A stretch of DNA of 64,000 bases from Heterodontus francisci (lineage: Eukaryota). A program made the translations under genes and the position numbers. Where the stretch lies: the NCBI RefSeq assembly GCF_036365525.1, contig NC_090382.1, forward strand, positions 63,195,487 to 63,259,486. Direction: 5' to 3'. Below the pieces are notes generated by a model that worked only from the letters and a program-made list of their open reading frames with translations, searched no databases and was not told where the DNA came from. Below, one piece after another: positions 53,535 to 64,000 of this stretch (position 1 is its first letter; each line of letters starts with the position of its first letter).

Positions 53535-53868
53535 GGCTGGGATTTTATGGGCCCCCAGAGAGCATGTTGGAAATCTGGGTTGGGGGTTTAAAATCAGGTG
53601 GAATGGCGGGGGTGGGGGGGGGTGGTAACATGCCTGTCACCTTCCTGTCACCACTGGCATTTTACCAGTGGCGAGTGGGCACTTCACCACATGGTGAGGC
53701 CGTCCTTACCTGCTCGGTGGGAGGGGCTTCTAGATTGACACGCTGCGGCCCACGGAGGCTCCCCCCCTCCGGCGGCAAGGTCTTTTTGCCCCCCTGAAAG
53801 ACCCCCCCCGCACCTTGCCCTCACAACCGCCTCCCCATCCATCCACACCTTGTCGGGGCCCACCTGAG
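53535..53868. mobile_element. Truncated Harbinger MITE
   Basis: GGCTGGGATTTTATG start, and the interior resembles 4973-5420. Confidence 0.65.
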
Positions 53869-54469
53869 TGATCAGGTGGACAACACCTGATTGCTGCAGC
53901 AAACCAAAATCAGCATCTATATCTTTTATCCAATATCTATTTGTAAATGTCACTGTGGAACTGAATTGGATGCAGGATTCATAATACAAAATCTCAAGAA
54001 TGGTAATAGCTGCAAAAACATCTACTTCATTATCATATTGCTATTATTATGGATTGTTTCAGGAGATTATTCTGTTATCAGAGGTGTATTTCATCACAGT
54101 TTCTATTGTAAAAGATCACAAAGGTATGGGGTTCTGGGTGGGAGGGGGAGAGTAAATCACAATTCAGGTTGCTCCATCTTGAGATTAGAATGTTTCAGCA
54201 GTGTTGCTAAATAAATATACTTGGTATTTATTTAGATCAAGCCTTTTAAGGTTGCCTGTCAATTCAATCATGGTTTTGCTGCATTTCTAAGATTTGAGTG
54301 GTCCAAAATCAGCCAAAATCCAATCTCTGAAATATAACACATTCTGACCAATTGATGTATTCAGAATTGATTGCAGTGCAAATGAAATCCACCTGAAAGC
54401 CAGTGAAACAAAAAATAAGAATTTATATAATATCTTATCACATGTTTCAGAAACATAGCAAAAATCTCC

Positions 54470-56212
54470 CAATGATAATTACTTTGAAACAAGGTGACTG
54501 TTGTGTAGGCAAATTTAACAGCCATTTTGTGCACAGTAAGGGTTGAATTTTTTCAGCTCACCGCAGGTCCCGGCGGTGGCTCAGGAAGCGGTGCAATCAC
54601 CGCATGTCATGTGTGTGGTCGCCGACCGAGACCACGTGGTTGCTAGCTCATTAACATCACCAAGGCACGGGGCCCACCCCATTGCAGGACATGGCTGGGC
54701 TACAAGCTGTTGATGGTGGTGCCAGCTGATGAAAACACAGGTTCTTGCAGCATCTTTAAAGCACTGCCAGCCCTACTTGTACTGCTGCCTTTCACTGATT
54801 CAAAGACTCTGGAGTGCCACTGGATTTGGGGGAATCCACCGAAGCCAATGGTCCTTTCCACCTGACTGCCAGGGTCGGTTTGGTATCACACATACCCATA
54901 GTAACCACCCATTTTGAACAAGACATTGATCACTTTCTTGATGCAGCGATCGGATGCTGCCTGGGCAATCCCACAATGTCTCCAGTGGGTCCCTGGAAAG
55001 AGCCAGACAGGTAAAGGTTGAATGCCATGGTAATTTTCAGGGCCACGAGTTTGGGTGTCCAGTAAAGTCCATGGGTTGCAGCTCATCCTGCAGCATGGCA
55101 CATTAGTCATGATGGCCTCCCTGGAGAGGAGTAGTCTTCGCTGACATCGCCGCTCGGACATTTGTGGCAGTTGAGGTGAGTCCAGTCCACTTCCTGGCAC
55201 GGATGGACCATTCTGGGCATGGTCGGCTGCTGCCACTCTCTTATTGGAGCTTCTCTGGCACGCCCAGCTGGATTCTGGCCTTCCCTCCCTCTGAGCCACT
55301 GCTGCCCAGCATGGGGGTTCACAAAGACTAGGTGTATGAGAACAATGCCTGCTGGTCTCTCCATCTCCCGCGCGCTGTCTTTGGAGAGACAACCTTAGCC
55401 TGAGACCTTCCCATTGCTACTCCCCTCTCAGGACGCGTTAATGCATCTCAGCGCCCACCCTTGCAAGATCCCAATACCCGAGACTGCGCCCACCTTTGCA
55501 CCCAAGAATGTTCTCACCCTTGCAGAGAGCCCAGCACCACAGGCTGACAATAGCCTCTTCGCCACCCCCCTCCACTTTACCCCTATCCACTGTTCACTGT
55601 GGCTGCCTTTCCACAGTGGCACTGAGGCCTTGCCTTGGTGCCACCTTTAAACGGCCAAGGATCTGAAGGTGCTGTGCACCATTGACTAAATTTGAAATCC
55701 CCCTAAGGCTGGCTTGAATTCAATGCAAATGTATTCTAACTAGCTGTTCATCAATTCAAATTGCAGTCTGGCCACATCTTGGCAGCATTGCCACCATGAA
55801 GCTTTCCTGTCACTGACAAAATCTGGAACCAAGATCATGACAGTGGGTTTCTAAGCGAGAACAGCCACCCTGATTTCTCAGCCTCCCCGTCTCCACTCCC
55901 GATTCTACTGGCAGATAAAATTCAGCCCTAAGAGAAGACTGTCCAGTTATCTCTTATTTAGGTTATATTGTGTTGAGGGCCAAGATTGATAGTGGCCTAG
56001 AGTAGAAGAATGTCCTTCTCTACTGCTTTGGAACTTGCATCATTCACCTGAACCACTAGGACAGGTAGGCAGGTTTTAGTTTAACATGTGACGAAAAGGA
56101 CAGCAGCTCTGATAATGTCACACTCCCTCATCATTGCACTGCAGTGCCAGCTTAAACTATGTAATCAAGTTGTGGAATGGTCCTTGCCCGATTGCTACTA
56201 ACTAAGCTAAGA
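54470..56212 (-). mobile_element. Deu-domain SINE split by a Harbinger element
   Basis: The reverse complement gives Deu-type text (GTGCACAAAATGGCTG...CAACAGTCAC) at 54470-54539, continuing at 55932-56212. Confidence 0.6.
54540..55928. mobile_element. Non-autonomous PIF/Harbinger element
   Basis: TIR GGGTTGAATTTT / AAAATTCAGCCC with the canonical TAA TSD (54537-54539, 55929-55931). Minus-strand remnants of the transposase N-terminus (QMSERRCQRRLLLSRE) are present. Confidence 0.9.
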
Positions 56213-57469
56213 AGATACCTCAAAAATTATTTTTATTTTAGGACCTTTATTTTTCTATATCGATATTTCATTAGAAATTTTTATGAAAACAAATTGCCAA
56301 TTCAAACACATGGTGGTACAACCAGGTAGCATATTCAACACTGTATTTAGCTATGGTAGTCTCTTCTAATAATAGATATTGCATCCATTCCACTCTATCT
56401 ACAATCATTGGTCAAAGCTTCATTTCATCAAAAAGCGCCATTTGTTGCTCATGTAACCATAGGAAGCATATGCAATTTTGTTTAAAGAAACAGTGGCTTT
56501 CTGTTGTGAAGCTGTTCCACAGGATGTGTACAGTCTCTACAGTGACCACTGCACTCAATTGTCCTCCAAAATTTGTAAACAAAAATTAAGCCAAAATCAC
56601 CACAGATTTTTATATAACCATAATAAATAGGTAGCACAAATGTCAAACAGTACTGCAAGTTTTCACACTGCCAGGTCCAACCTGGAGTCAGCATTGCTCA
56701 TGGAGCAGTCGAGTTGGGTTTCCTCAGCAAATATGTGGAAATTAAGCACCTGCTTGTGGAATGACATCTCAATAATGATTAAGATGGGACAAGAATAAAG
56801 CTCTTGGCACACTAGACCATGTGAAGATAAACTTTTACAGATTTTTTGGTGAATGTGCTGAAACTAGTAGAAATGGTACCATGAGTGAAAAGTGCCTTCG
56901 AGGTAGAACAGAATGGAATGATCAACAGCATCAAAGGCAGCAGAATGGTCAAGAAAGGATTCTGAGCAGGAATTTTTAGTGCTATCATTCAAACTACTGC
57001 AATGGGATTGGGGTTGAACAGTCATTAATCCCCATTAGAATCGTTATTTTGAGAGTGCCACATCAATTTTAGAAGTGTTAACACAAGCTTCTAAAGAGAA
57101 ATTTATGGATAATCATAAGCGATTAAAGTTAGGAACAAAATAATCTAGAATGAAGGGTATTAAAGTATAATGTTAATCTAATCTAAATTTTGCCATCCTA
57201 GCTATAGGCTTTGCACTTATGTTGCAGCAAAATTAAAGAGACCAGATGAAAGTGATCACTGATACTGAATGTGATTTAATAAGTGATTAAATCCAATAGG
57301 TGCCTTTACAAAATAGTTATACAGACAAAGTAAATAGAAATCAGGGTCTAGGAAGTTTAAAGATTAAATTTACAAAGCCACAATATTGAAATAAGTAAAC
57401 CTATAAGAGAAAAATGAATCAGTAGAGGTCATTGGTGTGATTTGTAATACATAAGTTACAGTTATAATA

Positions 57470-58810
57470 CGAGTGACATTCTAATTCCAGGATGATCATT
57501 AGTTCTGTTTGCTATTCTTTCATAATGATAAAGTTCCTTTCCCCGACAGATGGAATCCTGTTCATCTTCAATTACCTAGTGAATAGCCTTTTCACTATTA
57601 TCATTTGAGTTTTCCTATATGTTGACCCTCATTCTGCTCTTACTTAGGATTAATGTTTTAATGTGATCAGCTGTATTTTTTGCATTGAATTCCAAATGCA
57701 ATTCTTTCCTACATATTTACACCTATTGTTGGCTAAATGTTCTTCTTCTTAGATAATAATCCCACTGCTTCTGTGGCTTTTGTGGTTGGCTGTCAAAACA
57801 ATTTCCCAAACAAAGTATCTCTACTGGAATCACCATAATTAGAACTATAATAATATTGGACCATAAACTATTTACTAATTCAACAAGGCAGCCATTTTGG
57901 GAAAGCATAGGGAGGTGGGCTGGCTGTGGTTGTATTTTCATTAGTCAGAAAAATAAAATAACTGCTGAAAGTAACAACAGGAAAGGAAATAGTGCTTAAA
58001 TAAAAATTATACTTATCCATCCTCATTGTCAAACAAATGAATCAAACAGCAGACAGTTCTTACATCAATTACTTCAGTGATTTAAAGCAACAATTTACAA
58101 AAATATCAATTGGTGTATCACCATGCACGTCCCTTGTGACCATATGAGCTTTCCACTGCCCTACTCCTAAACTGCTTCTATATACCATCTCAGTGCCTGA
58201 ATTATGAGATGTGAATGGTTGCTGAAAAATATTACAAGTTTCCTGGGATAGAGCTAGTTCTTCATTCAGGTCTTCCACTTCCTGGGATGGCCAAGGAATA
58301 GGCGGATTCACTATTAGGGGCTCCTTGGCAGTCTGGTCGTGGAAAGTTCAAGACTTCTTTGGGGATCTGATGAAGCTCCTCAGTGTTACTGCCATAAGAC
58401 ATGCACACCAGCTTCCCTATTAGCACTTGAACAGGTTTCAAGTCACCAACGATCAAAAAGCTTCTTAAATGCCTGAGGGAGAGTCAACTGAATGTGTTTT
58501 AGTTCCTCTCAGATGCTGCCTGTATACTTTGCAATTCAGCCGGCATTGATCACTTCTCTAAGGCCTGCAGTCCTTCATTCAGTGCATCTAGATTAAGTTG
58601 ATTGAAATAGGAGAATGTTTGAAAATTCTCTTACAGCTGTCACATTCTCCAGACTACCCTTCTATGCAACACTTTTAGATGTTGTTGCACAGCATGTCAG
58701 TGGATTTCCTTGTTATTCCAGCCATTTACGACACACCTTGGAAAGGCCACACAGTGTTTGATACTCTACTAGACTTCTTCCCTTCATCGTAGGCAACCAG
58801 TGCAGCAATT
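57470..58810 (-). pseudogene. Two adjacent exon remnants joined by a 99-nt GT-AG intron
   Basis: Donor AT|GTAAGA at 58064/58063 and acceptor TTACTTTCAG|C at 57965/57964. The spliced frame reads ...DVHGDTPIDIFVNCCFKSLK*LI-SYFIFLTNENTTTASPPPYAFPKWLPC*... Confidence 0.65.
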
Positions 58811-59591
58811 TTAACCTTTCAATCAGGATCGACTGCAACCAATATGGTGGGTATGTTGGGTTTAATCAGAGTTTAAGACAAGATATAACGCACTAGTTAT
58901 ACACCAAAAAACAGATCAAGTAGCAAGTACTGGTCCAAATTGGGCAGGGCGGCTGGCATGTGCGAACAGCTCATTCTCTGTTTCCTCTTCCACTTCTCTT
59001 CTTGCTGCCCCAAGTTTTCTTGACATCTCGAACCATTCAGGAGTGTTGGACCTGAGTCTTCCTTGAGAGTTCTTCGCCACCACCTAACTGCACAGAGGTC
59101 TCACAAAGTCTCTTACGTTATACCCTTTTTTAAAGGTGGAAATGTGGATGGATTATTGACAAGGTCTTTTCACCCTATGAGGATTTACCTTATTTTGAAA
59201 TATAAAACCTCAAGTTCTTTCTCTAAACCATAGGTTGAAAACCCTGCCTTGAATGCCACTCACCTGCCATTAGCTTCGTGAATGTACCTTCTATTCTTGA
59301 TCAATCACTCTTACTTCATCCTTTCCTTATTGCATCTCAAGCTGTTCTCCCTTACTAGTTCCATCCTCCCCAGAAAAATTCCATCTCTGGTGTCAAACTA
59401 TCTCCCAAAGATTTTCATTATCCATATTTGTCTCATCACCATTTATTTATGTCTAAGGCTGTTCGTAAAGTCTGCTAATAAACTGTTCATAATGGCCAAT
59501 CAGTTTAGCTGTTCTTGTTTCTTATTTCTTATTGAACTATTGAACCATGGATTGATTTGTTAAAATAAGTTCTATTTTACTTCCACACACT

Positions 59592-60327
59592 GGGCTGGAT
59601 TTTACCTTAGGCGGACGGGAATTCGCCACTGACGTAAAAGTTGTTGGCGAACCCGCTTCCACCTAGCCCAGGGATCCGTCCCACAGTTTACAGGTCCCCG
59701 GGCTTTAACTGTCCCGAGGAGGGACTTCCACCCGCTTGAGGGAGGACGTCCCGCCTCAGTGAGCTACCGGTCTATCAGGGGGCTGGCAGCTCTTAGTCCC
59801 AGCAGTGCCACCAGGAGTGGTGGCCACTGCTGGGACTACAGCCCAGCTGACGACATGGAGCCAGGAGTGAAGGTAAGTTGGGCATGTCACACCAGGGGGA
59901 ATGGTCATGCCCTGGTAAGGCTAGCGTGGTCGGTTGGGGGGAGGGTGGGTATCTTGGGTCCTGGGGTGGGTTGGGAGGCAGGGGCACCCTGTGCTCGACT
60001 GCCATGGCACACACGCGACGTGCGGAAAGGCCACCAGCTATCGCTGGGCAGCCTTTCAAGTCCCCAGCAAGCCCACTTGTCATGGGTAAAATACCTGTGG
60101 AGGCAGGCGAGGGCCCTTAAGTGACCATTAAGTGGCCACTTAAGGGGCTTGATTGGCCTCGGGTGGGTGGGCCGTTTCCCCCCCACCTCCCGCCCGACTG
60201 CCGTAAAGTTGGCCGGAGGCGGGAGAGGAGCAGGAAGGCCTCCTGGAGCCTCCCACTCAATTTTATGCCACCCCCATCCGCCCCCACGCCACCATCCCAC
60301 CCGCTGGGGTGGCATAAAATTCAATCC
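59592..60327. mobile_element. Harbinger-type MITE
   Basis: TIR GGGCTGGATTTT / AAAATTCAATCC with flanks ACT/ATT; same family as 4973 and 63291. Confidence 0.88.
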
Positions 60328-60410
60328 ATTAATTAACTTACTTTCAAGAAGAGTCCTAATCAAACAAGGCTGAATGAAAAAATGAAAAGCCCAGCATAGT
60401 TTTGTGGTAT

Positions 60411-60569
60411 AACAACAAGAAATGCTGGAACTGTTCCGAAGAAGGGTCACTGACCCGAAACGTTAACTCTGCTTCTCTTTCCACAGATGCTGCCAGACCT
60501 GCTGAGTGGTTCCAGCATTTCTTGTTTTTATTTCAGATTTCCAGCATCCGCAGTATTTTGCTTTTATTT
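60411..60569 (+). mobile_element. Penelope-like element end with an inverted 5' piece and hammerhead core
   Basis: A 14-bp TSD TAGTTTTGTGGTAT sits at 60397-60410 and 60570-60583. The 5' AACAAGAAATGCTGGAAC is the reverse complement of internal GTTCCAGCATTTCTTGTT. The core CCGAAGA..GAAAC is at 60436-60461. Confidence 0.82.
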
Positions 60570-61414
60570 TAGTTTTGTGGTATGGTTGTTTGTGTTAGTG
60601 TCTAATAATTACTGTTAATGGATGTTAAGGGTGAACAGGTACTGGGTGTTAATTAGTTAACTGTACTCAAATGTATATATAGAAAACGCCAGGCAGCACT
60701 GGCTGGGTGTTGTTAGGAGTGGCGAAGTAACCTCTGTAGCAAGCAATAAACAGTCTCCAACAAAGCATCCTAGTTTCAGTGTCTTCTTCACAAATAGGCT
60801 TGGATGTTTCTTGAACATTGGTAGCAGAGGGTGGCTGCCTGAAAGTGAAGATTTGAGACTAAGATTTGTTTTCAGACAGGAGATTAGAATTGGAGTTTTT
60901 TTTTGAGAAGCCTGTAATTGGAGGTCATTTTTTGAAGAAAGATGACAGAAACGAGGTTTAAGGTGTCAGGATATGATTTTCCACTGCTATTTTGTGAAGC
61001 CGAACCTTACGATCAATGGAAGAATGAAGTTGATCTATGGACATGGCTTACGTCTTTACCAAAAAGGAAGCAAGGAACAACCCTTGCACTTTCATTTCTC
61101 GCCAGAAGCAAAATCAGGGACAAAGTGTCCTCGGAGCTAGAGGCTCATCATTTTGATAATGAGGAAGGTTTGTACAATCTCTTGAAATTTATGGATAAAA
61201 TTTATATGAAAGATGACTTATTGAGTACCAATGAGGTGTGGTTGGACTTTGATAAATTTTTAAAAATGGATGGTTCTTCCATACCGGAACATATTATGGA
61301 GTTTAACCGACTATATGCAAGGTTGCAGCGATTCTACTTGGAAGTTCCTAAATCAGTACTTGTCTTCAAATTGTAGGATTGTGCTTGGATATCAAACATA
61401 GATAGGCTCTTGGT

Positions 61415-61757
61415 CTGCAAACGCGACATGAAATCGTGTGACATTGATCACAAGTCGTGGGAGTCAGTTGCCAGCATTCGCCAGAGCTGGCGGGCAGCCA
61501 TAAAGACAGGGCTAAATTGTGGCGAGTCGAAGAGACTTAGTAGTTGGCAGGAAAAAAAGACAGAGGCGCAAGGGGAGAGCCAACTGTGCAACAGCCCCGA
61601 CAAACAAATTTCTCTGCAGCACCTGTGGAAGAGCCTGTCACTCCAGAATTGGCCTTTATAGCCACTCCAGGCGCTGCTTCACAAACCACTGACCACCTCC
61701 AGGCGCGTATTCCATTGTCTCTCGAGATAAGGAGGCCCAAAAGAAAGAAAAGAAAGA
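61415..61757 (+). mobile_element. RTE 3' fragment inserted in the Copia gag
   Basis: An 11-bp TSD AGGCTCTTGGT sits at 61404-61414 and 61758-61768. It is near-identical to 21057-21390. Confidence 0.93.
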
Positions 61758-61909
61758 AGGCTCTTGGTATTATCCAGAGTTAGATTCAAAGAAAGAGATA
61801 AGCTTTTTGATCAGATGTCTGATGCCCTGAAAAATCTTTTGGGAAAACATTCCTTTCTGGCCACTTTCATGGCACTAATGGGCTCTTCAGGAGTGACGCT
61901 GAAGATGGA

Positions 61910-62248
61910 GCGAGGAAATTACTTGTTAAACAGATCAGGTGTGACTGGAAAAAACATTTGCAAACCATCAGACAGTGCTTGGAGGGACAAAGGGGCTATT
62001 CCCTGCTCCAATTTAACCCACATTGGACTTTGAGCACCAGGTATTGTGTGTAAGAAGAGACATTCCAGGTTCGGCTAAGAAAAGAGAATCCACAAACAGA
62101 CGGGGTCAGACCAGCTAGTCACATGAATAACCTGCTTGGCAACCTGGGTTTTTTTCTGCATTGTACAAAGAGTTTGAACTCTGAAAGACTGTTTGCTCCT
62201 GCAGTGAGAAGACCTCTCCTGTCTGCTTCCATCTCTTTCTCACAAGCC
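61910..62248 (+). mobile_element. LTR fragment related to solo LTR 17382-18309
   Basis: It shows reverse-complement similarity to ~17980-18230 (CTAGTCACATGAATAACCTGCT vs AGCAGGTTAGTCATATGACTAG). Confidence 0.7.
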
Positions 62249-63290
62249 TGATACAGCAATTGTCTTTGGGAAATCTGTAGCTTTGCAGTTTACACAGTCA
62301 GGACATTATTGTATTCTTTTAGCGAGACCTAACATCTCTAAGCAGCATGTTAAAGAGGTATTAATGGAATCTGGGGGTAGGGATTTAAAGGAGAAAAGGC
62401 AAATTATTTCAAAATTACATAGACAATTTGCACATCCATCTTGTCATAGGTTGAAGATTCTGTTAAAAGATGCAGGGGTAATAGATGACTACATTAAACT
62501 TATCAAGGATATCAGTGAAAAATGCAATATCTGTATTAAATAATATACAGGAGGATGCCATCGTGACCCATAGTGAGTCTCCCATTAGCAAGAGACTTTA
62601 ATGAAACAGTAGCGATGGACCTGAAGGTATGGGATAAAGACAAAGACATTTTTCTTCTACACTTTATAGACATAGCGACTAGATTCAGTCTGTCAATGGT
62701 AATTTATAGTAAAGACAAAGAAATAGTGGACAAGATAATGGAAAGGTGGATAGGAACGTGACTGAGAGCACCAGCTAGATTTCTAACTGCCAATGGAGGA
62801 AAATTTGCCAATGATGAGTTCAGGAGTATGTGTGAAAATATGAATATTGTAGCAATGCACACGACAGCAGAAAGTCCTTTTTAGTAATGGGATTTGTGAG
62901 AGAAATCATGATGTGATTGACAAAACACTCTGAAAAATTTTAGCCAACCAACCAAATTGTAAATTGACAACTGCAGTACATCCAAAGAACACACTTCAAA
63001 TATTTGGGAGATACAGCCCCCATCAATTAGTTTATGGCAGGAATCCGAAAATATCTTTGGTAATGTGGGATCATCCCCCGGCTTTAGAGGGGATTACAAT
63101 TAGTGCAATTTTTGCGGAACATTTGAATTCCATGCATGCAGCGAGAAGAGCATTTATTAAGGCCGAGGTTTGAGATAGCTGATCAGGCCTTCAGAAAATA
63201 ATATTAATACTGGGGACATGGTGTATTACAAAAGAGAAGGGCAGAAAGAAAGAAATAAAGCAGAAAGGAGAGGCCCAAGAAAAGTTAATA

Positions 63291-64000
63291 GGGCTGAATT
63301 TTACCCTTGTCGGAAGGGAGCCGTCCACCAACCGAAAAATCGTTGGCGATGCCATCTCCACCTGGCCTGGGGATCCACACAGGAGTTTACAGTCCCCAGG
63401 CCTTTACTCAGTCTTGGGCGGGACTTCCACCTCATTGAGGCAAGATGTCCCATCTAATGGATCTGCCAGCCAATCAGAGGGCCGGCAGCTCATATTCCCA
63501 GCAGCGCCACCAGGAGCGGTGGTCACTGCTGGGACTGCAACCCAGCTTTGCAAAGAAGAGGATGGACGGCCCCAGGAGAAGGTGGGCTGTAGGGGGGATC
63601 GGTCGGGCCCTGGCGAGGCAAGGGTGGTCGATTGGGGGGTGGGAGGGGGTGCGAGGGGTGTGCTGAACGTTGGGGATGGCTGGGGCATTGGGGGCAGCCC
63701 TCCGGGCACAGGTTGCCTGACCAGGAGGGCCGCCCCTCAACCCAGGCCATCAGAGAGCTGCCTGCTTCTGTCAGGTGACTTTTCTTGGGCCAGAGCCACC
63801 TGACCGGCCATGGGTAAAATTCCTGTGGCGGCAGGTGAAGGCCCTTAAGTGGCTGTCAATTGCCCACTTAAGGGCCTTGATTGGCCTGGGGCGGGTGGGC
63901 CATTTCTCACCGCTGCCCCACGTAAAATGGTGGCAGAGGCAGGAATGGGTTGGGAAGGGCCCCCTGAGCCTCACAATCCATCTTATACCTCCCTGCCCGG
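63291..64000. mobile_element. Harbinger-type MITE running off the window end
   Basis: GGGCTGAATTTTAC start, colinear with 59592-60290. Confidence 0.88.

Larger units (their letters stand above)
42600..60369 (-). pseudogene. Large decayed multi-exon host gene (helical protein; tentatively CCDC162/DUF4549-like)
   Basis: Non-repetitive blocks between TEs translate on the minus strand into protein-like text with scattered stops and frameshifts. Several have canonical splice sites, and the 99-nt GT-AG intron 57965-58063 is phase-consistent. The family guess is from remembered motifs only. Confidence 0.6.
60593..63290 (+). mobile_element. Ty1/Copia retrotransposon, GalEa-like, decayed (LTR, iMet PBS, gag, integrase)
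   Basis: LTR TGTT...AACA 60593-60817 and PBS TGGTAGCAGAGGGTGG (complementary to the tRNA-iMet 3' end). gag 60942-61376 reads PYDQWKNEVDLW...KRKQG..LALS...KIRDKV. Integrase reads KLHRQFAHPS...CNIC and VSLPLARDFNETVAMDLK...HFIDIATRFS. Confidence 0.78.

Noticed and set aside
1-64000. CRISPR array, rRNA or prokaryotic operon
   Set aside because: There is no repeat-spacer periodicity or rRNA similarity, and the content is vertebrate repeats.

Overview
This is repeat-dense vertebrate DNA, very probably from a cartilaginous fish (shark), judging by HE1-type V-SINEs, Deu-domain SINEs and the shark-type CR1 tail. I see no intact host gene, RNA gene or CRISPR array. Most of the window is decayed, nested transposable elements: CR1-type, RTE and Tx1/L1 LINEs; two nested Gypsy elements and solo LTRs; a GalEa-like Copia element; many PIF/Harbinger elements and MITEs; and Penelope ends carrying hammerhead cores. 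Two things stand out. First, an ORF1-less endonuclease-RT LINE (29192-32393, second copy 47030-48618) starts with a tRNA-like A/B-box head, has a 6-bp TSD around the whole unit, and has no T4 run on its sense strand, which suggests a Pol III-transcribed protein-coding retroposon. Second, a long, heavily decayed multi-exon host pseudogene lies on the minus strand (~42.6-60.4 kb); the ORF track shows it only as scraps. All calls come from manual reading, and boundaries without a stated TSD or TIR are approximate.
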